NCBI GenBank assembly: GCA_965153355.1
Contig: OZ231126.1
Span: 38,254,001 to 38,318,000, forward strand
Source of the DNA: Flaccisagitta enflata
Taxonomy: Eukaryota
Length of the DNA stretch: 64,000 bases
Direction of reading: 5' to 3'
Each line of letters begins with the position of its first letter. Position 1 is the stretch's first letter. A program made the translations under genes and the position numbers. The notes beneath the pieces are model-generated. The model did no database searches, was not told the origin of the DNA, and saw only the letters and a list, made by a program, of their open reading frames with translations. Below are positions 62,451 through 64,000 of the stretch, piece by piece.

Positions 62451-64000
62451 GAATCATCGTTGTTGTCTATGATCATATTCGGGTGAGTCAATATGCATAA
62501 GGTCTTCTGCTCAGCACATCAATAATAAAGAACAAAAACAAATTCTAAAATCTTCACTAATCATTTTTAAAAAAATTTAAGTATCCTCCTTTTTTTCAAC
62601 CCTATTTAGCTCTTACTTGATATAAACAATTATTTTTTCATGATTTATCCTTTAATATTCTCTATAAGTTGATTGTAAGAACTTTTACTTATTGACACAC
62701 CCGAATGCTGCTTTTACACACAAACTTAAGCATAACTGAATGGGCGACTCCTTAAACAAGTGACGCGGGGTCACAACATCGTTGCGGACGGGTGGACAGG
62801 GGCATCAAACCCTCATCCAAACTCCCACCTTTGGGTGTGTCAATATGCAAAAGGTTTTCTGATCAGATGGTCATCAACAGGGATTGTTGGAACATTAATT
62901 CTAAGATACTTACCATTTTTCTTTTTCCAAATTTCATTCATCTTCTGTTTTTTGCTTGATCCCCATTTATCCCCTAATTTGTATATTGTAGTGCCATTGG
63001 TTTTGCACCTGGAGTATTGATGACAAGGAAAAGAATCAAAACACATAAGTTCTTTTATTCTTTATACTATAAAAGATTAGTCAAAATCTTCTACTTATAT
63101 ACAAAATGATTTAGTAATATAAAAATCAAAATTTTTAAAATGATTTATTGATCTCATTTTCAACAAAACTCGGTGCAGTCGCTAAAAGTATATATATTTT
63201 TGACAATCTTTACATGCGCTAAAAAAATGGAAAATGATTGAAATTGAAAAAAATAAAAACGGTAAGTGTTTTGTAATTAGTGTCTTCATACTCCCTGATG
63301 ATGATGAGCTGATCAAAAGACCTTTTGCATATTGACACACTCGACTCCCACCTCCACACACATATACACCAATGCATCTTAAACGCCTGTTTTCTCAGAT
63401 TTCGACTTTTGTACAGGGACCGACGGGTGTCCGCAACTAAAAACTATGGCATCACCTTTACGACTCAGTACTCTGAGTACATGAAATGTCAGGATAAAGT
63501 AAAGCTATCATTTGATAGTTTGTGTGTGTCAATGTAAGTGGCGCCATTAGGTCATTTTTGGTCAAACACTGAATAAAAAGAGACTTCCTGTCTTTACCCA
63601 GTTTACGTCAATCCTTGAGTTGAAAAGTGTACACGTAAATGCGCGCGTTTGTTTGTGTGTGTGCCATAAGTGGATATAGGAATACATCTTTATAAGAGGG
63701 TCTGTCCATCGGTCCGTCCGTCTGTATGTCCATTACGCTTCCTTAAAAGTCACCGTTTTTTGCACTTTTCAGCCGCGGCGATGTTGCTCATCAGATGCTT
63801 TAAGGTTGTTTGATTTATCTGTCCGTCCATTGACCTGTCCCTCCGTATACCTGACATGTTTAGCGCCAATGTCAATATAGGTAGGGACAGTCAGGACACA
63901 TCGTTGCTAGGTCGGGCTTGTTACACAACAATGCCGTATTCAGCTGTGTCAATACGTAAAATGTCTTTTAATCTAACCATCAACATTAAAGAACAAAAAT

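Overview
AT-rich, repeat-dense eukaryotic DNA, probably invertebrate; the species cannot be identified from the sequence. No prokaryotic features, rRNA or CRISPR arrays are present. Coding content: (1) an intronless 807-aa ORF (4974-7397) with two tandem permuted papain-like (LRAT/PPPDE-type H...NC) domains, the second apparently catalytically dead; (2) a complete 4-exon minus-strand gene (36122-37983, 233 aa) with a DUF4476/PROSER1-N-like domain and a Pro/Gly-rich tail; (3) three phase-compatible minus-strand exons of an unknown gene, present twice within a near-identical ~4.8-kb duplication (40509-45410 and 52961-57690); (4) two Kelch-repeat exons and a few orphan exons. The rest is mostly nested non-autonomous DNA transposons, many with readable TIRs and TSDs: TA-TSD Tc1/mariner-type MITEs, 8-bp-TSD hAT-type MITEs, CAC-ended 4-bp-TSD Chapaev-like elements, and many Helentron/DINE-1-like (HINE) elements carrying minisatellites. 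No transposase is encoded in the window. The most notable items are a 3.5-kb Transib-like element whose CACAGT(A/G) ends are asymmetric by 10 bp (reminiscent of RSS 12/23), an 85-nt exon segment copied in inverted orientation into an intronic HINE of the same gene, an intron that seems to have arisen by tandem duplication of exon sequence, and a 4.2-kb foldback palindrome. All family assignments are by eye, without database searches.
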